From NCBI GenBank assembly GCA_019058295.1, contig JAHPZI010000022.1, positions 26,586 to 90,585 of the forward strand: a DNA stretch of 64,000 bases, written 5' to 3'. Position numbers and translations under genes: made by a program. The DNA is from Promethearchaeota archaeon (lineage in GTDB: Archaea; Asgardarchaeota; Lokiarchaeia; Sigyniarchaeales; SOKP01). Under the pieces are notes generated by a model, which did no database searches, was not told the origin of the DNA, and was given only the letters and a program-made list of their open reading frames with translations. Shown here one piece after another: positions 34,079 through 44,651 of this stretch (positions within the stretch are counted from its first letter, which is position 1; every line of letters begins with the position of its first letter).

Positions 34079-35002
34079 ATGATTTTAAACGGAGTAGAAA
34101 TAGAGGATACCTATTGCGAAGGTTTTGGAGGGTTTTTTACCCGGATTTTGGTGACTGCGAAAAATGAAAAATGGGTGAAAATCGCTGCTCAAGAAGTTAC
34201 CGGTTATGGTACGTCAGGTATTGGTTGTGATGCTGAAGCTGCTATTGATGTATTCGTTCCAGCAGATAAGACACCGGACAAACGCCCAGGAGTAATCCTA
34301 ATGTTTTTTATGACTAAGAAGGATAAAGTTAGTGATGTCATGTTACATCGAATAGGTCAATGCATTCTTACTTGCCCTACTACTGCTTGTTTTGATGCTC
34401 TGAGTGGATCATTAGATCCCGTTAAAGAATTTGCAATTAAAACAGGTTTTTTCTTGAAATTTTTTGGAGATAAATATGAAGAAAAAGTTGAAGGTGTCTA
34501 CCCATTTCCTGCATGGAAAATCCCAATTATGGGTGGAGAATTTATAGTTCAAAGTACCTTTAAAGTAGGTAAAGGAATTGCTGGAGGAAACTTTTTAATA
34601 ATTGGTAAAGACCAAGATTCAACTCTAAAGGCTGCAGAGAAAGCTATCGAAGCAATAAAAGATTTAGAAAATCTTATTACCCCCTTCCCTGGAGGTATAG
34701 TCCCCTCTGGATCCAAAGTTGGAACGAGGTATGAAAATATCCCTGGACTTTTTGCAACCACGAACCATAAATATTGTCCGACTTTGAGAGAAAATATTGA
34801 GGATTCTGAGTTGCGAGAAGGAGATGGATGTGTTTTTGAAATTGTTTTAGATGGCGCTACTGAAGATGTAATAAAAAAAGGAATGAAAATAGGAATAGAA
34901 GCAGCTGTGAAAGTTCCTGGAATAAATCGAATTTCTGCAGGCAATTACGGTGGGAAATTAGGAAAATTTCTATTTAAACTTCATGAGCTAGGTTTAGAAT
35001 AA
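34079..35002 (+). CDS. ftr: Formylmethanofuran:tetrahydromethanopterin N-formyltransferase
   Basis: 307 aa. NGVEIEDTYCEGF, TGYGTS, RIGQCILTCPTTA, PIMGGEFIV, AGGNF, PFPGGIV.SGSKVG and ISAGNYGGKLG match Ftr. Confidence 0.9.
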   Translation: MILNGVEIEDTYCEGFGGFFTRILVTAKNEKWVKIAAQEVTGYGTSGIGCDAEAAIDVFVPADKTPDKRPGVILMFFMTKKDKVSDVMLHRIGQCILTCPTTACFDALSGSLDPVKEFAIKTGFFLKFFGDKYEEKVEGVYPFPAWKIPIMGGEFIVQSTFKVGKGIAGGNFLIIGKDQDSTLKAAEKAIEAIKDLENLITPFPGGIVPSGSKVGTRYENIPGLFATTNHKYCPTLRENIEDSELREGDGCVFEIVLDGATEDVIKKGMKIGIEAAVKVPGINRISAGNYGGKLGKFLFKLHELGLE

Positions 35003-35046
35003 AAATTATCAGAAATAATTTGTTGTTAAATACCAAATTTTTTCTT

Positions 35047-36765
35047 TTATTTTAATTTTCTTTTTATTTTTCGTGGTTTTCTAAGTTCTTTTTTCTCAGG
35101 TTTTTCCTCTTCAATTAGTTTTTTCGTTGGTTTTGGTTTAGTAGGAGTAGGTTCTGGTTTTTTGGGTTTTTTCTCCTTTTTAGATCTTTTCTCCAAAGCT
35201 TCTATCTTTTCTTCAGGTTTATAAATTAACATTTTTGATTTCATAGTATAATAAGTTATTCCAGTGGCAACCAGAATACCGATGATTAACCCGATTATTA
35301 ACATAATCCAAGGTAAAATATTACTTAAAATATCTGGAATAACCGTAATTTTTTGGGGTGCTGTGTCGAAATCGTCATCTAAACCTACAGTTGCGCCATC
35401 AGTGTCAGTCACATAAACATAAACTTCCCAAGTTCCAGTAACTAATTCTGCCGTTCTAACAGTAATTTCAAGATCATCTTCGTATTCCCTTGTGATTTCA
35501 TATTCATCATCGTCTTCATTTATAAGCAAGAGGGTTATGTAAGCAACTCCCTCAATATCATATACATCAAATTCAAAGACTAAATCTTCTCCATAATTCA
35601 CAGATATGCTTTCGTCGGTATCATAATCATTAATTTCGTATCCATCGATTCCAGGGAGATTGTTTTTTACACTTATCGTACCCTTATATTCTTCAATTTC
35701 TTCGAAATTGTATAAGGTTTTGATTATATAATGATATATTCTCGCAGGATAGGTAGCATCAATAGAAAAAGTTGTTTTAAATCTTCCATCATATTTATTT
35801 GTCAATTCCGGGATATAAATACCACTATCTATAAGATTAAAAGATACATTTATTAATTCAATCCTTAAATCATTCTGAATATAGCTTACATTCGTATCAA
35901 GATTACAACTTTGCTCCCTAAATATTGAAGTTGGATTAAATATTATTGAAGTTAATATAGAAACAGGTAATAGAACTTTAAATTTAAAATATGCAACAGC
36001 TATCCTTTTATAATTATTATTTACATCAGTCATATTTACTTTTATGAAATAATTTTTATTCGTTTGTTCGTAAGTCTCGTTGATTTCTATTTTAATATGA
36101 AATAAATCATTTCCCACGTTAAAAATATTTTTTTGGATGCTTTCATCTACGTTATCTACGACGGTTATATTCCATTTAAAACTATATGGAACGAAATCAT
36201 AGACAATCAACGATGTTTCTAATGTTTCTCCTCTACGATATTCGGATTTTTCTGGATCTAAACCAATCAAACAATTTGATTTTACTGTAAAATTTGATAT
36301 TGTTGTTTGAGTATTTAAAATATCATCAGTTTTATTATAAACTACAAATTTAACTTCGTGAAATCCTAATGGAGCATTATATACTGGTCTATAAGTATAT
36401 GTAAAGTTTCCTTCCTGTCCAGTTACATTGTTCATAGCAAAAATTCCAACTGTATTATCGGGAAAATTAATTTTTATTTCCATACGTCTAACAGATTGAA
36501 AACCAGAAGCATTAACTGTAAAATTAACTGAATGTAAATCTTGTAAAAATCCTCTGTATATTTCCGATGCATTTTGGTGGATATTTGAATAATTCAGAGG
36601 TTTTAGTCCATTAGACATTTTTGGTTTAAATTTTATATCTAATTTATCTAAATCTTTGTTTTCTTCATTGGTTTGATTATTTGAAGAAATTATAGTAAAA
36701 TTAAGAAATAAACCAAACAATAAAAAAAATATTAAGATTGTTGAAATGGTATTTTTTCTTTTCAA
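35047..36765 (-). CDS. Surface-anchored protein, function unknown (many NxS/T sequons)
   Basis: 572 aa with an N-terminal signal/TM, a C-terminal TM (ILPWIMLIIGLIIGILVATGI) and a Lys/Pro-rich cytoplasmic tail (KKPKKPEPTPTKPKPTKK). Confidence 0.55.
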   Translation of the reverse strand: MKRKNTISTILIFFLLFGLFLNFTIISSNNQTNEENKDLDKLDIKFKPKMSNGLKPLNYSNIHQNASEIYRGFLQDLHSVNFTVNASGFQSVRRMEIKINFPDNTVGIFAMNNVTGQEGNFTYTYRPVYNAPLGFHEVKFVVYNKTDDILNTQTTISNFTVKSNCLIGLDPEKSEYRRGETLETSLIVYDFVPYSFKWNITVVDNVDESIQKNIFNVGNDLFHIKIEINETYEQTNKNYFIKVNMTDVNNNYKRIAVAYFKFKVLLPVSILTSIIFNPTSIFREQSCNLDTNVSYIQNDLRIELINVSFNLIDSGIYIPELTNKYDGRFKTTFSIDATYPARIYHYIIKTLYNFEEIEEYKGTISVKNNLPGIDGYEINDYDTDESISVNYGEDLVFEFDVYDIEGVAYITLLLINEDDDEYEITREYEDDLEITVRTAELVTGTWEVYVYVTDTDGATVGLDDDFDTAPQKITVIPDILSNILPWIMLIIGLIIGILVATGITYYTMKSKMLIYKPEEKIEALEKRSKKEKKPKKPEPTPTKPKPTKKLIEEEKPEKKELRKPRKIKRKLK

Positions 36766-36775
36766 ATTAATCTCC

Positions 36776-39604
36776 TTATCTTCTTAATAATTTATGTTTT
36801 AGATATTTGCTTTTATAATGTAAAATTATCCCTATGAAAACTACTACGGGAACCACATAAAAAAATATTAAATTCATTGTTGACAATTCAATTTCATATT
36901 CAAAATAATCCTCAACAATAAGATTATCGGAGTCGTCTTCGATTTCAATATGGCAAAATTTAATCCCAAATTCATATGGATTCCATGTTGGTACAAATTT
37001 ATATTCAATCCTGTTTCTTCCAGGAATCAATTCATCTATTTCTGTTTTTACTTTATCATCGTTAATAAATAAAGAAAATTCTTCTGATTGGCGTTCATTA
37101 TTCTGAATTAATATAATGAGATGAGCATCAGTCCCTTGTATTATTTTTTCTGGAAATTCGATGCTAATTATCTCGAACCTCGGAACGATTTCAACAGTTA
37201 AAATTTCAGTGTATAATATTTCCTTTCCTATTGAAATAGTCATATCTATTTCAATTGAGATAGTTCGTATATTTGAAATAGTAGCTATGGAATAGGGTGC
37301 TGTTTTCCTTTTATTTTTTTCCAATGATTCTGTATTATTTGATTTAGTACAGTATGTACCTGAAAAAACCACATTAAAATTTTGTGTTACATTTGGTGAT
37401 TGATTAATTAAATCTACGAAAACTTCAACAACACTTCCAGGTACGACTTTTTTACTATAAATCAAATTAGAATAAATAATAGCATTTTTAATCTCTATTT
37501 CTCTTAATTCTTTTAAATAAATTGTGCCGTTTCCTTCAAATATAAAGGTTATATTTACTTTTCCAGTTGGAGCGTCATCTAGAATCGTAATATTTAAGTC
37601 AACAATCGTGTTACCCTCATTAATAGTTTTATTAACAAATGTTATATTAAGTGGAAATGATGGATCTTCTTTTATCACATTTCCAATCATAGACACATTT
37701 AATGTAAGGTTATTATTATAGTCACTATGAACTTTGAGTGAAAAATTTGCTACTTCACCTTGATAATAAGTTTGTTTTAATGTTGATTCTATTATTTGAA
37801 GACCATGTTTAACGTTGAAATTTTTAATTGTAGATTTATAAGCAAAATAAGTCCAATTAGCATATATATAAATAGTATAATCATCACCAAAAGGTAAGCT
37901 ACTGTTTATTGGATATATTAAATTTGTAGTACTATTAATAAAAGTATCAGTGATAATTTTAAAAATAGTGCCATTGGGGTATCTAAATATATATGTAACA
38001 GATGCGCCAGTTATGTTATCATTTCTTATAGTTTTAATGGGCGGATCAGGATCATTAAAGAAATAAAAAATTTCCTTTTCAAAAGCGTAAGTACAGGTTA
38101 AATTTATTGATTCTTGATTCATAATGTAGTTAACTTTTTTATAAGAAGCATCGAAAGATACACTATTATAAATTTCAAAAGCTTTCAAATAAGCCTCACA
38201 TAACTTCAAATTCTTATGGAAATTGATATTTGTATTATTATTATATGGAGGATCTATATAGATTGACGTCATATAAGCATTTATTGTTTTATTATAGAGA
38301 GAATTTTCAATGAAATCTCGTATTTTAAAAGCTCGCTTATAATAAGAGAAATTTCCTGTAACTTCGAATAATTTTAAACAAGCTTGCATCATTAAAGCGT
38401 TTGCTTCAAGATCAAGTTTATGACTTTCAGGAAAAGGATTCCATTCCCAATTATCACTTCTGTAATATTCATAAGCGCCATATGTTGTGTTCCACAACCC
38501 CCCAATCCCAAAACCTGAAGGTTTATTTAATTGTTTATAAAGAGCGGTTGCGTTTTTAAAATATTCCGAATTGGGGTCCATGCCGTTCTTTATCCAATAT
38601 TCTAGTAAAGCTATTATTCCTAAAGCATTCACATCTAAATATATATGTTTTTGTGAACCTGAACTAGACCAATCTGAGTCTGTACTATTATAGAATCCCC
38701 TATAACCGTTATTCCAAGCTTTATTAATAAGGGCTGTCATCGTTTTATTTGCAAGAACAGAAGCCCTATCGGTAACAGTATTATTATTGATAACATTCTC
38801 ACATCGATGTATTAACAAATTTGCTAAAACTGCGTATAAATTACTTTTTATATATTTTTCACCACTAGTAGATAAGTTTGATTCATAAAAACCTTTATAA
38901 TCTCTGTCCCAGAATTCAGAGGAATTGATAAGTTTGAACATTTCAATTATTGAGTCTTTATAAGGATCATTAATACTATCCTCTATATTTTCAATTAATA
39001 GAAAAATTGGCATTAAATTATCAACTAAATACCTTGTATCGTCTATTATTTCACCCGTAGTTCCATTTATAGATTTAACAAATCCGTATTGAAATTGGCT
39101 GACATTCCCTTGATACCATATTGGAGTCGAAGTTAAGTTTAAATAATCTTCAAAAGTTGATTCCCAATTGTAATCTTCCTCTATTTCATTTATTAAAGAT
39201 TTATATAGAAGTAAGTTAACTCCTGAATTTATTCTATTATCAATGATAGTTCCATCACTTTTCGATTCACTCACATAAAGTTCTATATCATAATCTAAAT
39301 TAGATTCAAAATAAGTATTGAAAAAAATCGACATATTATCAAAATTTATTGTAAATGGATCTTGAAGAAGTTCATCTGGACTTTGAGATAATTTAAGAGA
39401 ATCAAGATCTTTAACATCTATTTCTTTTTTTAAAGCGTTATCTTTATTATCATAATAATAATTTTGATAATTATTATCAATTATAAATAAAAAATTTAGG
39501 AAGAATACTAATATAAAGAAAAGACAAATGAGATTTCTTAAAACTTGTTTTTTCTCTTTTTTTCTAGACCTAATTACATTCCTAAAAAAATTTATAAAAC
39601 TCAT
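36776..39604 (-). CDS. Large surface-anchored protein, function unknown
   Basis: 942 aa with an N-terminal TM and a C-terminal TM (LIFFYVVPVVVFIGIIL). Dense NxS/T sequons. The central region has recurring GFY.S/W motifs, possibly an alpha/alpha-toroid glycan-binding or hydrolase fold (speculative). Confidence 0.5.
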   Translation of the reverse strand: MSFINFFRNVIRSRKKEKKQVLRNLICLFFILVFFLNFLFIIDNNYQNYYYDNKDNALKKEIDVKDLDSLKLSQSPDELLQDPFTINFDNMSIFFNTYFESNLDYDIELYVSESKSDGTIIDNRINSGVNLLLYKSLINEIEEDYNWESTFEDYLNLTSTPIWYQGNVSQFQYGFVKSINGTTGEIIDDTRYLVDNLMPIFLLIENIEDSINDPYKDSIIEMFKLINSSEFWDRDYKGFYESNLSTSGEKYIKSNLYAVLANLLIHRCENVINNNTVTDRASVLANKTMTALINKAWNNGYRGFYNSTDSDWSSSGSQKHIYLDVNALGIIALLEYWIKNGMDPNSEYFKNATALYKQLNKPSGFGIGGLWNTTYGAYEYYRSDNWEWNPFPESHKLDLEANALMMQACLKLFEVTGNFSYYKRAFKIRDFIENSLYNKTINAYMTSIYIDPPYNNNTNINFHKNLKLCEAYLKAFEIYNSVSFDASYKKVNYIMNQESINLTCTYAFEKEIFYFFNDPDPPIKTIRNDNITGASVTYIFRYPNGTIFKIITDTFINSTTNLIYPINSSLPFGDDYTIYIYANWTYFAYKSTIKNFNVKHGLQIIESTLKQTYYQGEVANFSLKVHSDYNNNLTLNVSMIGNVIKEDPSFPLNITFVNKTINEGNTIVDLNITILDDAPTGKVNITFIFEGNGTIYLKELREIEIKNAIIYSNLIYSKKVVPGSVVEVFVDLINQSPNVTQNFNVVFSGTYCTKSNNTESLEKNKRKTAPYSIATISNIRTISIEIDMTISIGKEILYTEILTVEIVPRFEIISIEFPEKIIQGTDAHLIILIQNNERQSEEFSLFINDDKVKTEIDELIPGRNRIEYKFVPTWNPYEFGIKFCHIEIEDDSDNLIVEDYFEYEIELSTMNLIFFYVVPVVVFIGIILHYKSKYLKHKLLRR

Positions 39605-39655
39605 AAAAATTTCTTTTTATCTTATATAGTTATTTTTAACCAAAATTATAATTTT

Positions 39656-41161
39656 TTAAAAATTTTCTTCATTAAAAGATTTTTTTTTAATTAATTCACT
39701 TACTTCATGAATTTTTATTCGAATTTGATCCATAGTATCTCTATATCTAAGTGTCACAGTGTTATCTTCTAAAGACTCGTAATCGATGGTTATGCAAAAT
39801 GGAGTGCCTAACTCATCTTGTCTACGGTATCTCTTGCCAATTGATCCCGATTCGTCGTAAAATGAACTAATACGATTTTCCAGCAGATTTTTATGAACTT
39901 TCATTGCTAAGTTTCTTATATCTTCTTTATTCCTCACTAGGGGAAACACGGCAACTGTATTTGGAGCCAATATAGGAGGTAATTTCAAATTAATTCTGCC
40001 ATCTTCTACATTGAAAGCTGCTTCAAGTAAAGTATAAATAATTCTATCAGGTCCGAACGCAATTTCTAGAATTTGGGGTATTTCTTTGAGTTTTGGATCT
40101 GATCCCATGAAAGCTTCAAAGTTTTGTTTAGAAAAATCTCCGTGTCTCTTCAAATCATAATCCGTTCTGTCATGTATTCCACAAATTTCCACCCAATTAA
40201 ATTGTTTTGTATTTATTTCTAAATCCCACGCATCATCAGCATAATGAGCTCTTTCATTAGGAGAATGTTGTCTAAATCTAATCACATCATCTGGATAGCC
40301 TAAAATTTTTGTTAAGTAATATCCCAGATATAAGCAATATCCGTAAGCAGGCTTCTTAATAATTTTCTTATTTAACGCTTGTTCAAGAGAGATAATACTA
40401 GGTTTATTAATATTCTGTTCTTGAAGTTTCCAATCCAGTAATGGTAATTTCTCATTTTTTACATCCTCAAATTCCTCAAAATCCATCTCCTGTTCTCTCC
40501 CTATGAATAATTGCAATTCGAATTGATCAAAAGCTCGCATCCGAAGTACTTGTTGCCTTGGAGATATTTCATTTCTATATGCTTTTCCATATTGAAAGAT
40601 TTTTATCGGATATTGTCTTCTTGCATCTTGATCTAGTCGATTAAATAGCAAATAGGTGGTAGTTGCAGTTTCCGGTCGTAAATAAGCAGTCACATTATTA
40701 CCTACTTGTGTTTTTAACATTAAATTATATTCTTCTATTTTCTTAAAAAGAATATCACATTTAGGACATTGAAGATTATTCTTTTTTATTAAATCTTCCA
40801 TTTGCTCAAAGGATAAACCATCAATCATGAGATCTGGAAGCTTTTCTTGAAGAAATTTATCTGCTCTATACAAAGTGTTACATTTTTCACATCTCATTAC
40901 GGGATCAATAAAACGTTCTAAATGCCCAGATGCTTTCCAGACGATTTCAGGCATTATAGTAGGACATTCGACCTCACCGAAGCCGAATGCTCTCAATTCA
41001 CGTCTATAGAGTGATAAAACATTATTTTTGAGAGCCATTCCAGCAGGGCCATAACTATAAAAACCAGCAAATCCGCCATAAATTTCTGGCGACGGCCCCC
41101 AAATAAATCCGCGTCGACGAAGTAACGAATTGAATGTCTCGATCTTATCTTCAATTTCCAT
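39656..41161 (-). CDS. glyS: Glycyl-tRNA synthetase (archaeal/eukaryal class II type)
   Basis: 501 aa. RRGFIWGPSPEIYGGFAGFYSYGPAGMALKNN plus class II motifs (FRNEISPR, GIHDRTDYDL) and a C-terminal anticodon-binding domain. Confidence 0.9.
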   Translation of the reverse strand: MEIEDKIETFNSLLRRRGFIWGPSPEIYGGFAGFYSYGPAGMALKNNVLSLYRRELRAFGFGEVECPTIMPEIVWKASGHLERFIDPVMRCEKCNTLYRADKFLQEKLPDLMIDGLSFEQMEDLIKKNNLQCPKCDILFKKIEEYNLMLKTQVGNNVTAYLRPETATTTYLLFNRLDQDARRQYPIKIFQYGKAYRNEISPRQQVLRMRAFDQFELQLFIGREQEMDFEEFEDVKNEKLPLLDWKLQEQNINKPSIISLEQALNKKIIKKPAYGYCLYLGYYLTKILGYPDDVIRFRQHSPNERAHYADDAWDLEINTKQFNWVEICGIHDRTDYDLKRHGDFSKQNFEAFMGSDPKLKEIPQILEIAFGPDRIIYTLLEAAFNVEDGRINLKLPPILAPNTVAVFPLVRNKEDIRNLAMKVHKNLLENRISSFYDESGSIGKRYRRQDELGTPFCITIDYESLEDNTVTLRYRDTMDQIRIKIHEVSELIKKKSFNEENF

Positions 41162-41289
41162 TTTATTTACATTTTATTTGTTAATATGTTAAAGAATAAA
41201 ACATAATTTTTGTAATTTCCGCAATAAATTTTAATATAATAAAAAGATAAAAATAATAATAAAAAGAAAATTAAAAAGAAAATTATAAG

Positions 41290-42114
41290 TTGATTTTAAT
41301 GATTTTTCAAAATTTTAAACATTTTGATTTTTTTGATGCTATTGAGATGGGACTCTATTTTGTAATTGTAGGGTATTATTTTCTCTTATTTGCTTTTTTT
41401 CTCACAATGAGATTTAGAACTTCTAAAAAATTATATTGGCTGTTTTTCTCAATATTATTTCTATGTCTTGCTGCTGGAAGAGTATTTTTTATAGCGTATT
41501 ATTTCTTCATTCCAGAAATGAGTGGTTCTAAATCCGAAATAGCCCAATCATTAATGTTATTTTATCGAATTGCAACACTTTTTTCATGGTTAGCAATTGC
41601 GTGTTTCATGGGAGTACTAGGAATACTTTTATTCCCACCAGAAGTCGAGCCAGACGAGAAATCATCTAAAAAAATAATTTTAACCTCCAATATGAAAATC
41701 ATATGCCGAATAATCTTAATAGCGATACCTATTTTTGTTGGGATCCTAGCATTAGTATTACCAGATAATTTATTAATGGATCCTGATATTGCTGAAGATT
41801 ATAATATTAGTATTACAATCCATACAATTTGGGGATATCCCATTGGAAGATTCATCCTTTTAGTTTTGGTGGTTATTTTCGTCTTTGTGATTCCGTTCTT
41901 ATTCATATATTTAGCTATAAAAACTTATGGCGTTTTACGGAGATCTTATCTATTAAATGGTATTGGTATTTTGATTTACTATATTGGCAGAATACTACAA
42001 GGCGCATTTGAAGTATTAAGATGGCATCACTTTGAAGCAACTGTTCCTCCATTATTAATTTTATGTGCTCTTTTAATTATAGTAATTGCCAATAATTACG
42101 AGCAGTTGCGTTAG
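41290..42114 (+). CDS. Hypothetical polytopic membrane protein
   Basis: 274 aa with about 7 TM helices. The track start is TTG; the ATG at 41299 is an alternative. Confidence 0.45.
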   Translation: MILMIFQNFKHFDFFDAIEMGLYFVIVGYYFLLFAFFLTMRFRTSKKLYWLFFSILFLCLAAGRVFFIAYYFFIPEMSGSKSEIAQSLMLFYRIATLFSWLAIACFMGVLGILLFPPEVEPDEKSSKKIILTSNMKIICRIILIAIPIFVGILALVLPDNLLMDPDIAEDYNISITIHTIWGYPIGRFILLVLVVIFVFVIPFLFIYLAIKTYGVLRRSYLLNGIGILIYYIGRILQGAFEVLRWHHFEATVPPLLILCALLIIVIANNYEQLR

Positions 42115-42319
42115 AATCTCCACTAATATTCCTAATTATTAATTCTTATTTTTTGAATTTTCATAACGCCCGAAGTAAAAAAAACAAAATTTTATATTAG
42201 TAATCTTAAAATAATATTAGTAAGAATCATATATCTATAATTAAAAATCTTATTTAATAACTAAACGAGGTTCGTTAAAAATTTCGATTCACGGTAATCA
42301 ATTCCTACTCCCATTTTTT

Positions 42320-43909
42320 ATGAAAAAGAGTCCAGACAGCCCAACTTTAGATGAAAATGCTGAAATGACCCTCACTTATTATTTATTGACTAAGAATATG
42401 GATATTGAAAAAGAAAAAATCTTGTCATTTTCGAGATTACTATGGCCTCTTTTGAGTATTCAAGGAGTTATTTCAACCCATCTAATTCTTGATGGAATTA
42501 AAATATTTTCAAAAAAAGGAAAATTTAGTAATCCTCCGCGTCAACCTCTTATTGGCCATATCTTAAGAAATACAGATGAAATAACGAACATTGAAATATT
42601 AGATAGAATTATTAATGTTTTAACATATAAAGATGCCGAGGCAGAAGAGATTGGAAGTGGAGAAGAATCTGAATATCAAACTCTCAATATTGAAGGATTG
42701 ATTAATCCAGAACACCTTCAATCGCTTTTAAAGTTAATCCCTCATCTGGATTATTTACCGATAACCGATTTTGTTCCATTAGATACAACTTTAACAACCG
42801 ATAACGCTTTAGATGAATCTGAAAAATATAGATCTTATATAGACACTATGAAAGGAAATTCGCATAGATGGAATACTCAAATTAAATTAATTGAATCTGA
42901 TTTTGAAAAATGGATAATAAATTTAAATGTAGAGATTAAAGACGTTGAAATGCGATATTCTTCACAAATTTCAAAAACTAGTGAAATTATCGATGAAGAA
43001 CAACTTAAAAAACAAAAAGAAGTTGAATTTGATAAAATTGAACAATGGAATGTAAATGAAAAAAAGAATATAATTGAAAATATATCTGTAATATTTAAGA
43101 CTATAGAAAGGGAAATACAGGAAATCCTTAAAAAAAATAGATTTTTTACTGATGAAGAAAGATTTAAATCAAAAGTATTTGAAGATAGTTTAAATACTTA
43201 TGAGAACCATTTTAATTCATTGAAAAAAGAAACAAAAAACTTTTTAGAATCAATTGACTTACACTATCAAAAATTCAATGAATTAAAAGAACAAGCCCCA
43301 AAGATTGATTCTGATACAGCTGTAAAATTGAATAATATTACGATGGAGTTAAATAATAAATTACAAGATCGAAATAAGCAATTAGCTGATTATAAGAAAG
43401 AAAAAGAAGAAAAATTAGCTGAACTAACCTCTTTAAGAAAAAAATATCAAGTTCTTTTACATCAAATTAAAGAAATTTGTCATAACAAAATTAAGATTTG
43501 CCTACAAGAAGCAGAAGATCTTACAGAGTGGTCAATACAAGACACAAATGATGATTTATTTTCAAAACCCATTCAATGGATTTATTTGCCCTTTTACGCA
43601 ATGTTTATAGAGAATGAAGAATTAATGGAGGAGCGCATGGATGTTGTTTTTCCTGGTTATATTAACAACAATCCCGATTCACTCTATGAAGATATTTCAG
43701 ACTCTTTTATTGAATTGAAAAATTTAGTAAAGGAAAAAGTTGAGGAGGATATAAAAATACGGTCAAACTTCGAATTCTCATGTGATAAAAAAAATTTGAT
43801 TAAGGACCCAAATTTTAAAAGCAAAATCGAACAAGGGATTTCAATTTTAAAAAATAAAAAAATGTTTGATAGCGAAATCGAAGCTAAAATTATTAAATTA
43901 TTGTCTTAA
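42320..43909 (+). CDS. Hypothetical coiled-coil protein
   Basis: 529 aa with long K/E-rich heptad-like stretches in the centre. I recognise no motif. Confidence 0.5.
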   Translation: MKKSPDSPTLDENAEMTLTYYLLTKNMDIEKEKILSFSRLLWPLLSIQGVISTHLILDGIKIFSKKGKFSNPPRQPLIGHILRNTDEITNIEILDRIINVLTYKDAEAEEIGSGEESEYQTLNIEGLINPEHLQSLLKLIPHLDYLPITDFVPLDTTLTTDNALDESEKYRSYIDTMKGNSHRWNTQIKLIESDFEKWIINLNVEIKDVEMRYSSQISKTSEIIDEEQLKKQKEVEFDKIEQWNVNEKKNIIENISVIFKTIEREIQEILKKNRFFTDEERFKSKVFEDSLNTYENHFNSLKKETKNFLESIDLHYQKFNELKEQAPKIDSDTAVKLNNITMELNNKLQDRNKQLADYKKEKEEKLAELTSLRKKYQVLLHQIKEICHNKIKICLQEAEDLTEWSIQDTNDDLFSKPIQWIYLPFYAMFIENEELMEERMDVVFPGYINNNPDSLYEDISDSFIELKNLVKEKVEEDIKIRSNFEFSCDKKNLIKDPNFKSKIEQGISILKNKKMFDSEIEAKIIKLLS

Positions 43910-43997
43910 ATTCCTTGTTTAATGCCCCTATCCAAATTATACTTTTTTTCCTATATTAGTAAAAATTAAATTTTTTAAAATTTTTAGAATATTTACT

Positions 43998-44651
43998 ATG
44001 CCACATACTAGAGCGAGCTTCAAACAAAATAGAATTAGAACTTTTTTTTTGTCCTTTGAATCAAGTCCAAAAAAGAGGGATTCCGTTGAAGAAATCCAAG
44101 AAGAAATTGAAAAAACCGGATTAACATACATTCAAATGAGACAGCCTGTTGAAAAAATAACACCGGAATTTGAGGCAAAGTTAAACGATAAAGTAGAACA
44201 CAATATTCTTCACGCGAAGATTAGAGAATCAACTGTTGATGATTTAGAGAATGTAATGAATATATATAATAAAGCATGGTTGACTTCAAATACTCCCTTC
44301 ACTCAAATATCAGTTGAATCTCTTAAGGAAATCTACGAATTTCCTGATACTGTAATTCTTATAGCAAAAGTGTATGGTATTGACGCAGGTTTCATTATTC
44401 TAGATTACGAAGGTTCTAATAGAGAATATGGTATTATAGCAGGATTGGGGATTTTGCCACGTTTTCAACGCCGTGGTTTAGCAACAATTCTTGGCTTAGC
44501 AGCATGGAAGTATTTTAAAGAAAAAGGTGTAAAAGAACTTAGATGTGAGGTATATAAAGATAATAAAGCGTCGTACAATTTTATTAAATTATTAGGATTC
44601 GAAGAATTCGGGAAAAAAACCTATAAGGTCGATGGATTTATTAATGAATGA
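43998..44651 (+). CDS. GNAT-family N-acetyltransferase
   Basis: 217 aa. The acetyl-CoA motif A is LPRFQRRGLATILG, within a typical GNAT core of about 150 aa at the C-terminus. Confidence 0.7.
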   Translation: MPHTRASFKQNRIRTFFLSFESSPKKRDSVEEIQEEIEKTGLTYIQMRQPVEKITPEFEAKLNDKVEHNILHAKIRESTVDDLENVMNIYNKAWLTSNTPFTQISVESLKEIYEFPDTVILIAKVYGIDAGFIILDYEGSNREYGIIAGLGILPRFQRRGLATILGLAAWKYFKEKGVKELRCEVYKDNKASYNFIKLLGFEEFGKKTYKVDGFINE

